Positions 9,488 through 18,108 of a stretch of DNA of 20,935 nucleotides are shown here, one piece after another. How positions within the stretch are numbered: position 1 is the stretch's first letter; every line of letters starts with the position of its first letter. Location: assembly GCA_037381445.1 (NCBI GenBank), contig JARRQT010000188.1, positions 1 to 20,935 on the forward strand, given 5' to 3'. The position numbers were made by a program, and so were the translations under genes. Source of the stretch: Calditrichia bacterium. Lineage in GTDB: Bacteria; Calditrichota; Calditrichia; RBG-13-44-9. The notes beneath the pieces were generated by a model that had not been told where the DNA came from, did not search any database, and saw only the letters and a program-made list of their open reading frames with translations.

Positions 9488-11244
9488 TTTAAAATCACTC
9501 CTCTGCCTGATCTTCCATCCACTTTTACCTGCAAGGGTGAGGCGAGTTTCACGTGTTTGGTATAGATTAATTCATTGACCACACGCTGCCGGTTGAGCCA
9601 CTGCCAATCGATTTCATATTTTCCGGAGTGCCGGACGGAAAAATAGAGTACCTTAAAACTGGTTATGTTGTGAAAAAAATGAGAACCCTGGCTCAAATCG
9701 ACATTGACATGGGGCAAGGTGGCTTCTACAATAACTTTTGCTCCGGAAATCTGTCCCCAGTTTACCGGAATCCCCAGCCATGGGTCCGAACTTCCCCAGC
9801 GGCCAAAGCCGAGTAGCAGGTACGGGATTTCCGAACTCAGCAACTGATTATTTATTCTTTCCAGCTCATCCACCACGACGGCGGAAACCTCCGTTTTAAA
9901 ACTTTCCGGCTTGACATACACCACATCACTGATATGCTCCACAATCCCATTGCCCAGTACATTTTCGGAAGCAACCAAAACATGTTCACTTTCAAGATCA
10001 TCGCGAGAAATTTCAACCTTTTCCTTTGAAACGACCATCGGGCGGACCTGCAAAAATCCGAAACGGGCGGGTACTCCCCTCCTGGCATCGAGAGTGACAG
10101 CAAATTCAATTTCCACCGGTGCAGACACACTCTCGCTGCATATTTTAAGCAGGGATTGAATAATTTCGTTCAAAGGCATCTGACCCATTTGCAGAATGGG
10201 GGCAAAATTTATCAGCTTTGGAGCACTGCCGGCTGCCCCGGGATAGAGCCGGTCAGATTGAGGATCATATGTGGAAGCAATATATTTCAAGGCGCCGGCC
10301 TTTTCTGCTTCTCTCAACGTTAATTTAAGCAGGTATTCCGTTTCCTTTACCGGATCAAAAGCCGGCGGTTTTCCCATATTCACCGCCCAGTAAGAATTCT
10401 GGCTTTCCTTCAGCAGATCCCGGATGGAATTATAGGGCGGATTGGCCCTCGGATAAGCGGGCGAGTAGCTCCATGAAATGCCCTCATCGACGATGGTTCT
10501 GCCCAAGCCCAGGGCCAGGTTAACGATGCCCTCCTCCGGCCGGGCATTACCTGCCGGGTAAAAATTATAAGACCGTGCCACACCTGATATGGTCGGGTAG
10601 TAGTGATCGTCAAAGCGCTGTCCAACCACCTCCTGAATGATGACAGCCATTTTTTCGTCTTCAATCCGGTGACGGGTCGCCTTGAAATAATTTTTGGCGG
10701 CCCTGAAAAAAGTCGAGGCATATACGTATTTGATTGCTTCCACCAGCTTATGAAACCGGCCCTCGGTATCAAACTGGTTGTTAGGCGTCATCTTGGTCCC
10801 ATAGATACCCGCAAAAGGTTCGTAGAGCGCATCTTCCAGCAAACTGGAAGAACGAATGGCCAGTGGAGAATGCACTTTGGAGATAAGCGCCCACAGATCG
10901 CCCACCAGTTTCGCGGGCAGTTCGGTATTTTGAAATGCGTGCGAGATGCGGTTATCAGGCAGATCGGAAAGCGCAATTTCATACAGATTATTTAGTTTCA
11001 TGAATTCATCAAAAAATTCCGTGGTAATTACCGTCATGGTTGGAATCGAAACAGAAATACCCGGAAAGTCCGCATGGTTAAACTGCTCACGAAGGATGTC
11101 CCGGATGAACACCAATCCCTGCGCTTTTCCCCCCAGTGATCCGGAACCGATGAACGTAAAATTTTCATCCGAATCGAAAAATTTACGCTCAAAGCGGGAC
11201 GGTCCCTGGGTTGCACTATGGCTGTTTTTTTCTGTTCGTGTCAT
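9484..11244 (-). CDS. Stand-alone PEP synthase/PPDK-like ATP-grasp protein with HFF domain
   Basis: GSLGGKAQGL, LAIRSSSLLED, FAGIY, MAVIIQEV, GLGR, EIEFA, LQVRP, GRWG, SQGSHFFHN. ATGA overlap (9484-9487) with the next gene. Confidence 0.9.
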   Translation of the reverse strand: MTRTEKNSHSATQGPSRFERKFFDSDENFTFIGSGSLGGKAQGLVFIRDILREQFNHADFPGISVSIPTMTVITTEFFDEFMKLNNLYEIALSDLPDNRISHAFQNTELPAKLVGDLWALISKVHSPLAIRSSSLLEDALYEPFAGIYGTKMTPNNQFDTEGRFHKLVEAIKYVYASTFFRAAKNYFKATRHRIEDEKMAVIIQEVVGQRFDDHYYPTISGVARSYNFYPAGNARPEEGIVNLALGLGRTIVDEGISWSYSPAYPRANPPYNSIRDLLKESQNSYWAVNMGKPPAFDPVKETEYLLKLTLREAEKAGALKYIASTYDPQSDRLYPGAAGSAPKLINFAPILQMGQMPLNEIIQSLLKICSESVSAPVEIEFAVTLDARRGVPARFGFLQVRPMVVSKEKVEISRDDLESEHVLVASENVLGNGIVEHISDVVYVKPESFKTEVSAVVVDELERINNQLLSSEIPYLLLGFGRWGSSDPWLGIPVNWGQISGAKVIVEATLPHVNVDLSQGSHFFHNITSFKVLYFSVRHSGKYEIDWQWLNRQRVVNELIYTKHVKLASPLQVKVDGRSGRGVILK

Positions 11245-11259
11245 ATGCTTTTTGCGGAT

Positions 11260-11300
11260 AAAAAAAGACTCCCGTGCAAAATTCGTCCACGGGAGCCTTT
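11260..11300 (-). terminator. Rho-independent terminator between the second gdh and the PPDK-like pair
   Basis: Minus strand AAAGGCTCCCGTG-GACGAATTTTG-CACGGGAGTCTTT followed by further T residues. Confidence 0.8.
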
Positions 11301-11393
11301 CATGTTTATGAAACTACGTTAAATCTGCTTCTCTCTTTTGCTCTTTGAGATTTTACTTTCACGTTGTATCCATTTTCGTACATACCTTATAAA

Positions 11394-11422
11394 AATCTAT
11401 AATTAAAAATACCAAAAAGCAA
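11394..11422 (-). promoter_or_regulatory. Possible sigma70-type promoter
   Basis: Minus strand TTGCTT-N17-TAGATT. The AT-rich context makes a chance match possible. Confidence 0.3.
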
Positions 11423-11443
11423 TCTCAAATATGAAGCCTGGAA

Positions 11444-12730
11444 TTACACCCATCCCCGGTCTCTGCAGGCCTGGGCGACGCGGCTGATGGCAATGACATA
11501 AGCGGCATCTCTCATGAATAATTTCCGTTTGCGTGCTGTTTCACTGACCGCCAAATACGCTGCCGTCATTTTGACATCCAGTTTGCCCAGCACTTCATCC
11601 TTCTCCCAGAAATAATTCATATTGCTCTGCACCTGTTCAAAGTAGCTGCAGGTAACGCCGCCTGCATTGGCCAGGAAATCAGGAATCAGGAAAATACCGC
11701 GTTCGTCAATCACCTTATCGGCTTCGGGCGTTGTGGGACCGTTTGCGCCTTCAGCAATAATTTTGACCCTTTTGCTGATTTTATTGACATTATCGCCAGT
11801 GATCTGATTCTCAATGGCGGCAGGAATTAAAATGTCCACATCCTGCTCCAGCCATGCCTCACCGGGAAGAACTTCGTAACCCAATTCCCGGGCTTTCCCT
11901 TTGTCGATACCGCCGAATTTATCGGTGATCTTTCTGAGTTCTTCCAACTTTACGCCGGATTTCTTCAGGAATGTATAGGAAGTCTGATCATGCTGATCCC
12001 AACTGGAAACGCAGATCACCTTGCCGCCCAATTGCTCGTACAGCTCGATGGCATACTGGGCTACATTGCCAAATCCCTGCACGCTGGCAACGGTTTCCTC
12101 GGGACGAAGTCCCAGTTCCTTCAATGCTTCGCGCACCGTGAAAATAACGCCATAACCGGTCGCTTCCGTACGGCCGAGAGAACCGCCCATACCCACGGGT
12201 TTTCCAGTGATAAAACCGGGATATTGTCCGCCGTGAATCGCTTCAAATTCATCCCGCATCCAGAGCATATGCTGCGCATTTGTCATCACATCGGGAGCGG
12301 GGACATCGTTTACCGGACCGACATTTTTGGCAACCTGGCGTACCCAACCGCGGCAGATCTGCTCCTGTTCGTGCATACTTAGATTGTGGGGATCGCAAAC
12401 CACACCGCCTTTGCTTCCGCCCAGCGGAATGTCCACAACTGCGCATTTCCAGGTCATCCAGGTCGCCAGTGCCTTGACGGTATCAACTGTCTCCTGGGGA
12501 TGGAATCGGATGCCGCCTTTTCCCGGTCCGCGTGAATCATTATGCTGCACTCTAAAGCCTCTAAACACTTTCATGCTTCCATCATCCAGACGAACCGGAA
12601 TACTGAAATGGTATTCCCGTAAAGGATTCCTTAATAAATCGCGTGTAGCGGTGTCCAGATCCAGAATATCGGCAACCCGATCGAATTGTGCCTGCGCCAT
12701 TTCAAATGGATTAAAAGCTTTGTTACCCAT
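11444..12730 (-). CDS. gdh: Glu/Leu/Phe/Val-family dehydrogenase, most likely an NAD(P)-dependent glutamate dehydrogenase of the RocG/GudB/Thermotoga-like subfamily
   Basis: GPGKGGIRFHP, MTWKCAVVDIPLGGSKGG, DVPAPDV, ITGKP, GRTEATGYG, QGFGNVA, EGANGP, PDFLANAGGV. Start placed at ATG 12730 (MGNKAFNPF) because AAGGAAAGGG lies just upstream; the ORF track starts at 12784. Confidence 0.93.
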   Translation of the reverse strand: MGNKAFNPFEMAQAQFDRVADILDLDTATRDLLRNPLREYHFSIPVRLDDGSMKVFRGFRVQHNDSRGPGKGGIRFHPQETVDTVKALATWMTWKCAVVDIPLGGSKGGVVCDPHNLSMHEQEQICRGWVRQVAKNVGPVNDVPAPDVMTNAQHMLWMRDEFEAIHGGQYPGFITGKPVGMGGSLGRTEATGYGVIFTVREALKELGLRPEETVASVQGFGNVAQYAIELYEQLGGKVICVSSWDQHDQTSYTFLKKSGVKLEELRKITDKFGGIDKGKARELGYEVLPGEAWLEQDVDILIPAAIENQITGDNVNKISKRVKIIAEGANGPTTPEADKVIDERGIFLIPDFLANAGGVTCSYFEQVQSNMNYFWEKDEVLGKLDVKMTAAYLAVSETARKRKLFMRDAAYVIAISRVAQACRDRGWV

Positions 12731-13303
12731 AGGTTTTACCCTTTCCTTAAAAAATGACTGTTTTTGTTTTACTAAAACATGCACGGTACTTAAGCAATAT
12801 TATGACAAATTTCAATATTTTTTTAACATTCATAACAGCGCCAAATCCAGCCGTGCATAACATTTTTTATAGTGTCACACAATTTTCTGTCTTTCGGTTT
12901 CTGACTCGAACTATATTTTAATTCAAATCAAATTATCAAAAGCAACTTAATTTTGTGACATTTTTAATTTATAATTTTAGCTAATTAAAAAAAAAATAAT
13001 TTTATAATATATTGTTAAAAATTATGAAATTCTTCCAACAGGATAAATTACATATTTCACATGTAAATTCGGCTAAACATTTTGCTTAATCCGTAAAATT
13101 TGGTTTTTGCGAAAAAGAATATTTTCAAAAAGATAAAAATTCGGGATTAACATTTCTTTTCGAGACATTTATACAAAAAACTATACAAAAAGACAGGGAA
13201 CTTGCAGGGAATGTATCCTGACAGAGATTTATAAATTTAAAATGACGGATTTATTTCAATTATCTGTCCCAAAAGGTTCTGAGCAATCATTTTATCGCTC
13301 ACT

Positions 13304-13951
13304 TTATGCCACTCCCTGGGACCTGAATTTCGCATCCGCTAGTTTCTTCAATTTATTGTATAATGCACCTGTCTGTTTTTCAAGGGCTTTCAGGTCGCGG
13401 TTATTCTGAACGACAAAATCAGCCCACTTGATTTTATCTTCAATGGGAATCTGCTTTTTTATGCGGTCGACAATTTCCTTTTCAGACAATTTATCCCGCT
13501 GTTTAATTCTCTCAATCCGTAATCCCATGCGGGAGGCCACAACCACAATGGCGTCAAACATATGTTCCAGGCTAAGCTCGTAGATCAGTGCTGCATCCAC
13601 AGCGATAATTGAATACTCACCGGATTCCCGTGCTTCTTCAATCAGGTCGAGGATGCGGGCAACCATTTGGGGATGGACAATTTTATTCAGCCGATTCGTT
13701 TTTGCTTCATCGGAAAATGCGATATTGGCAAGCAGTTTTCTGTTAAGTTTGCCATTCCGGTAAAAAATATTCCTGCCAAAAGCTTTTCTTAATTCCTTTT
13801 TGATTTCTTCATTATTCTCGACCTCCTGCTTTGCCACCATATCAGCGTTGATCACCTTTATACCCATTTTTTCCAGAAAATTGCAGACGGTAGATTGACC
13901 GCATCCCATACCGCCGGTGACCGCTACCACTATTGAATTTTTATAAATCAT
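13304..13951 (-). CDS. coaE: Dephospho-CoA kinase (atypical Walker A)
   Basis: VAVTGGMGCGQSTV, INADMVA, LNRKLLANIAFSD, LNKIVHP, DAALIYE, ADFVVQN. GGAGG RBS upstream. Confidence 0.92.
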   Translation of the reverse strand: MIYKNSIVVAVTGGMGCGQSTVCNFLEKMGIKVINADMVAKQEVENNEEIKKELRKAFGRNIFYRNGKLNRKLLANIAFSDEAKTNRLNKIVHPQMVARILDLIEEARESGEYSIIAVDAALIYELSLEHMFDAIVVVASRMGLRIERIKQRDKLSEKEIVDRIKKQIPIEDKIKWADFVVQNNRDLKALEKQTGALYNKLKKLADAKFRSQGVA

Positions 13952-13962
13952 CTGCCTGCCTC

Positions 13963-16900
13963 CTATCTCAAAACGACAAATTTACCCAACTTCTTCTGAT
14001 TCCGGTATTTTGCGAGAAATATATACACTCCACTGGATACCTTTTCATTAACCCCATTCTTTAAATCCCAACGGATGCCTCCGTTCTGAACCTGATCTTC
14101 GAGCCGGGCCACCTGCTGCCCATTCACCGTATATATAAAAATTTCGCAACCATCGGGCAGGTTTCCAAACATAATTTCATTTTTGCCTTCCGAAACACGA
14201 AACGGATTAGGGTAAACAACGATATCAGCCAAAGATTCAACTTCACCTTCGACCAGATATCGGTTAGCCCAATTCGATGGAATGATCTGGCCGTAGGCGT
14301 CCTTCAATCCCGAAATTTCAAGATAGTATTTAATACCGAGGCTCCCCATGCGGTTTTTCCCCGACAGATAAAGGTGGACAATGCTGCCATCAAGGGAATC
14401 CAGACTGGCCTTGATCACCCGGCCGTCCGGGATAAGCCGGTAATTATCGAAATTTTCAATACTCTTTCTATCCATGAAGTGATTGAACCTCAACAGGAGC
14501 CGTCTTTTGGAAACAAATTCCACCTTTTTCAAATAGGGACTTTCAGGAGTAACGGGCTGGTCAAAATTGATGCGCAGCGTATCACTGCAGAATGGTACAC
14601 CATATTTATTGCGCAGATTGCCAAAAACCAGTTGGTGATTGCCGGGCGGAAAGGCTTTTAAGAATCCCAGCAGAATCTGTTCTTTTCCCTTTCCCCTGAT
14701 GGCACTGATTGGCCGGATTGAATCCGGAAGCAGAAGATACAAATCATTCTGAAATGACTGGTCACCCAGCGGCTCGGAAAAATGCAGCATTATCTGATGG
14801 GCATCCTCTACGGTAAGCCCCTCAAAAGCAGGCGGATTGGATGCGCTCACTTCAATCTCATTTCCCGGTGCGCTCAGCGTATCCGGAAATGACATATCTA
14901 CGGTCCGGACAAAATATGAATAGAGAACATTTGATGAAACCATTGTATCACAGAAAGTTGTGTGAGAAGTTTGAAATTCGCGGATCGAGCCCGTATCCTT
15001 CTGTGTCCGGCCAATCAGGTAAGAATCTGCTCCGCTTACCGTTTGCCAGGATAAAATTATATGGCCCGTGTCAGCCTCCTCAGTCTGCAGCGCGGCGGGC
15101 GGCAATGGCCTTTTTCCCTCCTCTGTTTTCTGCCATACCGCGAAAGATGCATCTCCGGCCAGTATGAAATGATTTCCATCCAGGAGCGGCACGGCACTGC
15201 AGTTCACACCCTGATAATACCAACTCACCTGATATTGGTGGTCCTGGTAATTTATAAAATATGCTTTGGGATAAGGGGTAAAGAAGAGCTCGTCCGCCCG
15301 GTCACCATCGTAATCGGCTGCTGTCAAACCACTATAAGTATTTTTCTGATTCGAGACACCGTGGAAGTTTTGCTGCCAGATGGTTTGCAGGGAGTTATCT
15401 CCATCGGATTTCAGGATGCTCAGATTCCAATACTGCTGATCAACAGCGGACTCGGCCTCGTAATCCGCTCTGACCTGGGTAGCAATGGCCAGCTCCTGCA
15501 GATTGTCTCCGTCAAAATCGCCCAGTGCAAAACAGCTCGTGGCATCTGCGCCGGGCAGTCTCTTCTGAAAAACGGGCTCAAAGCTGCCGGAGGTATTCTC
15601 TTCATAGACAATCAGATCGCCGTCATAGTCGCCGATGATAATTTCCCTCTTCTGGTCACCATCCAGATCCGCCATTTCAGCGAAGGGGATTCCATAATTG
15701 TTGTCGCCCTTAGTGGGATTTTCCAGCGTCTGAAGCTCCCTTACCGAAAATGTTTCCGGATTATCCAGCCGGTAGATATGCCACTTGTTCTGATGCAACG
15801 CCAGTATGTTAACGGCGTGATCGACACCGGTATAATACATCCGGGAGCCCCAGAAATCATTTAGAGGACATTGAACAGGGGGAGAAGTAAATCCCGGGAG
15901 GCTTCTGCCCGGAAACAGGTATGAGATACCGCCATATCCGGCCAGGATTTCCGGCAGGGAATCTCCGTCGGTGTCCAATACATCGCGTGGGAAAGCCGGC
16001 ATGGGCCCCACCTGCCGTTCGAGAGCGCCGTCAACATAAGTTATCAGTGAGATGCGCGGTTCCGGAAAATCCGGCCAATTCGCATTGGCGATGATTTCCC
16101 GGATTCCGTCCCGGTTAATATCTACTGTTTTAGGATAAAAATAGCCTGTGCCCCGCTCTTCGGTCATTTTCTGAAAATCCCCGGTAAAAGTGTTATCCTG
16201 AGCTAAATCCAGTTGATAAAAAGCATGGGAATTATCAGCTTCGGTAGTCAGCCCGGACGGATTGATCAATTTGAAATAGTACTCGATATCACCCGATATT
16301 TCTTTGTGGGACAATAAAAAAATGTGCTCATTATTAAAATAGCCGGAAGTGCAGGATTGCCAATCGGCCGAAGTCCCTAACGGCCTATAGTGCAGGGTTG
16401 CAATGGTTTTATCATCTGTTTTCAATTCCAAAAGATAGCCGCTATAGTTGTCGAAAATCATGGGAATGACTTTCAGCGAATCCACAGTAGGCGCACTGCG
16501 GTCCAGATAGACAATCGCGCGTTGAACAATATCGCTCAAATCCTTATTGATCAGCTTCAGTTCGAGGGTATATACGGTATCGGGCAGCCCGGATAAATTC
16601 CACCATCCCAGGGTATCAGCCACAATATGATCCGTACTCTCATGAAATGGAATCATTTTATCAGGAGCTTCCCCGGTACCGTAGGACAGAACGTAATGAT
16701 CCATATCCGGAGCGGTGGCGGTGCCGATAATTGGTTCGGAATCCTGGCAAATCCCGCCTTGCGTCGAAGGGGAAATCAGATTAGCAACGCCTCCGAATTC
16801 CGATGTGAGGCTGTTTTCAACATTCACGAGGCCCTGTCCGAAATATTTGTCCCATCCCGCTGCCCCCAGATCTGTGCAGCCCGCCAGCAATTGAGATTTT

Positions 16901-17826
16901 ATTTCCCCGGCATCCGCCTGCAGGTCATGCGACCACAGCAGGCCCAGTGCGCCGCTCACCAGCGGCGCCGAGAAACTGGTCCCGTTCATTTCGCCATACT
17001 GATTTCCGGGAACCGGTGAAAGAATATCCTGTCCCGGCGCCACCAGATCGATTTTCGAACCATAGCTGGAAAATGAAGCCAGTCTGTCGGTTTGTTCTGT
17101 GGCCCCTACCGAAATAGTTTCATCATAAGCGGCAGGATATTGGAGAACATCATTCCCTGAATTTCCGGCGGACACCACAAACAATGCGCCCATTTTTGTG
17201 CCGAAATCCACCGCATCTTTAATGAGGTGGGAATAGACAATATCTCCGAAACTCATGTTGATGATCCTGCACCCGTTCCGGATGGCATACACCACAGCCT
17301 CGGCAATATCATCCTCCTCCAGGTAGCCGGATGCCGTGCCCGCGCGCAGCGCCATCACTCTCACCGCCGGGGCGACGCCGGAAATTCCCGAAAAGTTATC
17401 GGCTTCTGCTGCAATCAATCCCGCAACCGCCGTTCCGTGCCCGCCAGGATATTCATCCATAGGGTCATTATCCGGCTCCAGGTAGTCTCCAGTGTCGGGG
17501 AAATCAGGCGCATCGGTAAAATCCCATCCGATGACGTCATCGATGTAGCCGTTGCCGTCATCATCAATATTGTTCAGATCGCCGGCATCCAGCCGACCGT
17601 TATGATTCAGGTCTTCCCCACTATTGATCCACAACTGGTTTCTCAGGTCGGGATGCTCGTAATCAATCCCTGTGTCAATCACTCCCACTATCACCTGCGC
17701 AGAACCCTTCTCAATATTCCAGGCCTGTTCCATCCCGATTTTTTTCATGGCCCATTGGCGTCCATAAAGCGAGTCATTGGGAACGTAATGGATTTTATAG
17801 CGGTAATTGGGTTCTGCCCATTCCAC
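13963..17826 (-). CDS. S8 (subtilisin-family) serine peptidase with FG-GAP repeats, an Fn3-like domain, probable Ig-like domains and a Por/FlgD-type C-terminal domain; true 5' end uncertain
   Basis: Catalytic VIDTG, GHGTAVAG and GTSFSAP, plus oxyanion SAGN. Five DxxxDxxxE-type repeats. C-terminal YPNPF...IYTVNG...WDLKN...SSGVY. Frame remains open upstream to 17985. Confidence 0.9.
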   Translation of the reverse strand: MEWAEPNYRYKIHYVPNDSLYGRQWAMKKIGMEQAWNIEKGSAQVIVGVIDTGIDYEHPDLRNQLWINSGEDLNHNGRLDAGDLNNIDDDGNGYIDDVIGWDFTDAPDFPDTGDYLEPDNDPMDEYPGGHGTAVAGLIAAEADNFSGISGVAPAVRVMALRAGTASGYLEEDDIAEAVVYAIRNGCRIINMSFGDIVYSHLIKDAVDFGTKMGALFVVSAGNSGNDVLQYPAAYDETISVGATEQTDRLASFSSYGSKIDLVAPGQDILSPVPGNQYGEMNGTSFSAPLVSGALGLLWSHDLQADAGEIKSQLLAGCTDLGAAGWDKYFGQGLVNVENSLTSEFGGVANLISPSTQGGICQDSEPIIGTATAPDMDHYVLSYGTGEAPDKMIPFHESTDHIVADTLGWWNLSGLPDTVYTLELKLINKDLSDIVQRAIVYLDRSAPTVDSLKVIPMIFDNYSGYLLELKTDDKTIATLHYRPLGTSADWQSCTSGYFNNEHIFLLSHKEISGDIEYYFKLINPSGLTTEADNSHAFYQLDLAQDNTFTGDFQKMTEERGTGYFYPKTVDINRDGIREIIANANWPDFPEPRISLITYVDGALERQVGPMPAFPRDVLDTDGDSLPEILAGYGGISYLFPGRSLPGFTSPPVQCPLNDFWGSRMYYTGVDHAVNILALHQNKWHIYRLDNPETFSVRELQTLENPTKGDNNYGIPFAEMADLDGDQKREIIIGDYDGDLIVYEENTSGSFEPVFQKRLPGADATSCFALGDFDGDNLQELAIATQVRADYEAESAVDQQYWNLSILKSDGDNSLQTIWQQNFHGVSNQKNTYSGLTAADYDGDRADELFFTPYPKAYFINYQDHQYQVSWYYQGVNCSAVPLLDGNHFILAGDASFAVWQKTEEGKRPLPPAALQTEEADTGHIILSWQTVSGADSYLIGRTQKDTGSIREFQTSHTTFCDTMVSSNVLYSYFVRTVDMSFPDTLSAPGNEIEVSASNPPAFEGLTVEDAHQIMLHFSEPLGDQSFQNDLYLLLPDSIRPISAIRGKGKEQILLGFLKAFPPGNHQLVFGNLRNKYGVPFCSDTLRINFDQPVTPESPYLKKVEFVSKRRLLLRFNHFMDRKSIENFDNYRLIPDGRVIKASLDSLDGSIVHLYLSGKNRMGSLGIKYYLEISGLKDAYGQIIPSNWANRYLVEGEVESLADIVVYPNPFRVSEGKNEIMFGNLPDGCEIFIYTVNGQQVARLEDQVQNGGIRWDLKNGVNEKVSSGVYIFLAKYRNQKKLGKFVVLR

Positions 17827-17989
17827 TGCTTCATCGGAATTCAGTTGATTAACGAAATCCTCAATGTCCGCGGAAGAATCTGTTTTGAGAAGATAATAGT
17901 CATCAGATTGCGATATCCCGGTTGTTTGCTGGTGCTTGAAAAGAATGTCGAACGCGGATGGCCATCGACCGGCCCCTGGAGGGAATCAT

Positions 17990-18016
17990 AAAATAAAAGA
18001 AGGGGCAAAAGCCCCT
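17990..18016 (-). terminator. Rho-independent terminator downstream of the TPR gene
   Basis: Minus strand AGGGGC-TTTT-GCCCCT-TCTTTTATTTT. Confidence 0.75.
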
Positions 18017-18108
18017 GTTTGAATGTTTGTCTTTACACCGCACCCGTAAGAACCAAAAATTATATTAATTTTATAAAATAGAGTATCTGTTTCCAGTGAA
18101 AGAAAGAA

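Noticed and set aside
2421..11244. Annotating the three paralogs as ppsA or ppdK
   Set aside because: They lack the canonical phospho-His motif and the PEP/pyruvate-binding barrel.
12731..12784. Longer N-terminus of the second GDH given by the ORF track
   Set aside because: An SD-like sequence precedes ATG 12730, and the extension does not resemble GDH.
12790..13300. AT-rich intergenic region with TGTGA/TCACA half-sites (similar half-sites at 1950-2165), considered as CRP/Rex sites, a CRISPR leader or foreign DNA
   Set aside because: No correctly spaced full palindrome, repeat array or mobile-element signature; consistent with ordinary promoter DNA.
15061..17991. Long plus-strand ORFs (267 aa, 254 aa and others) opposite the S8 protease
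   Set aside because: Shadow ORFs with no recognisable domains.
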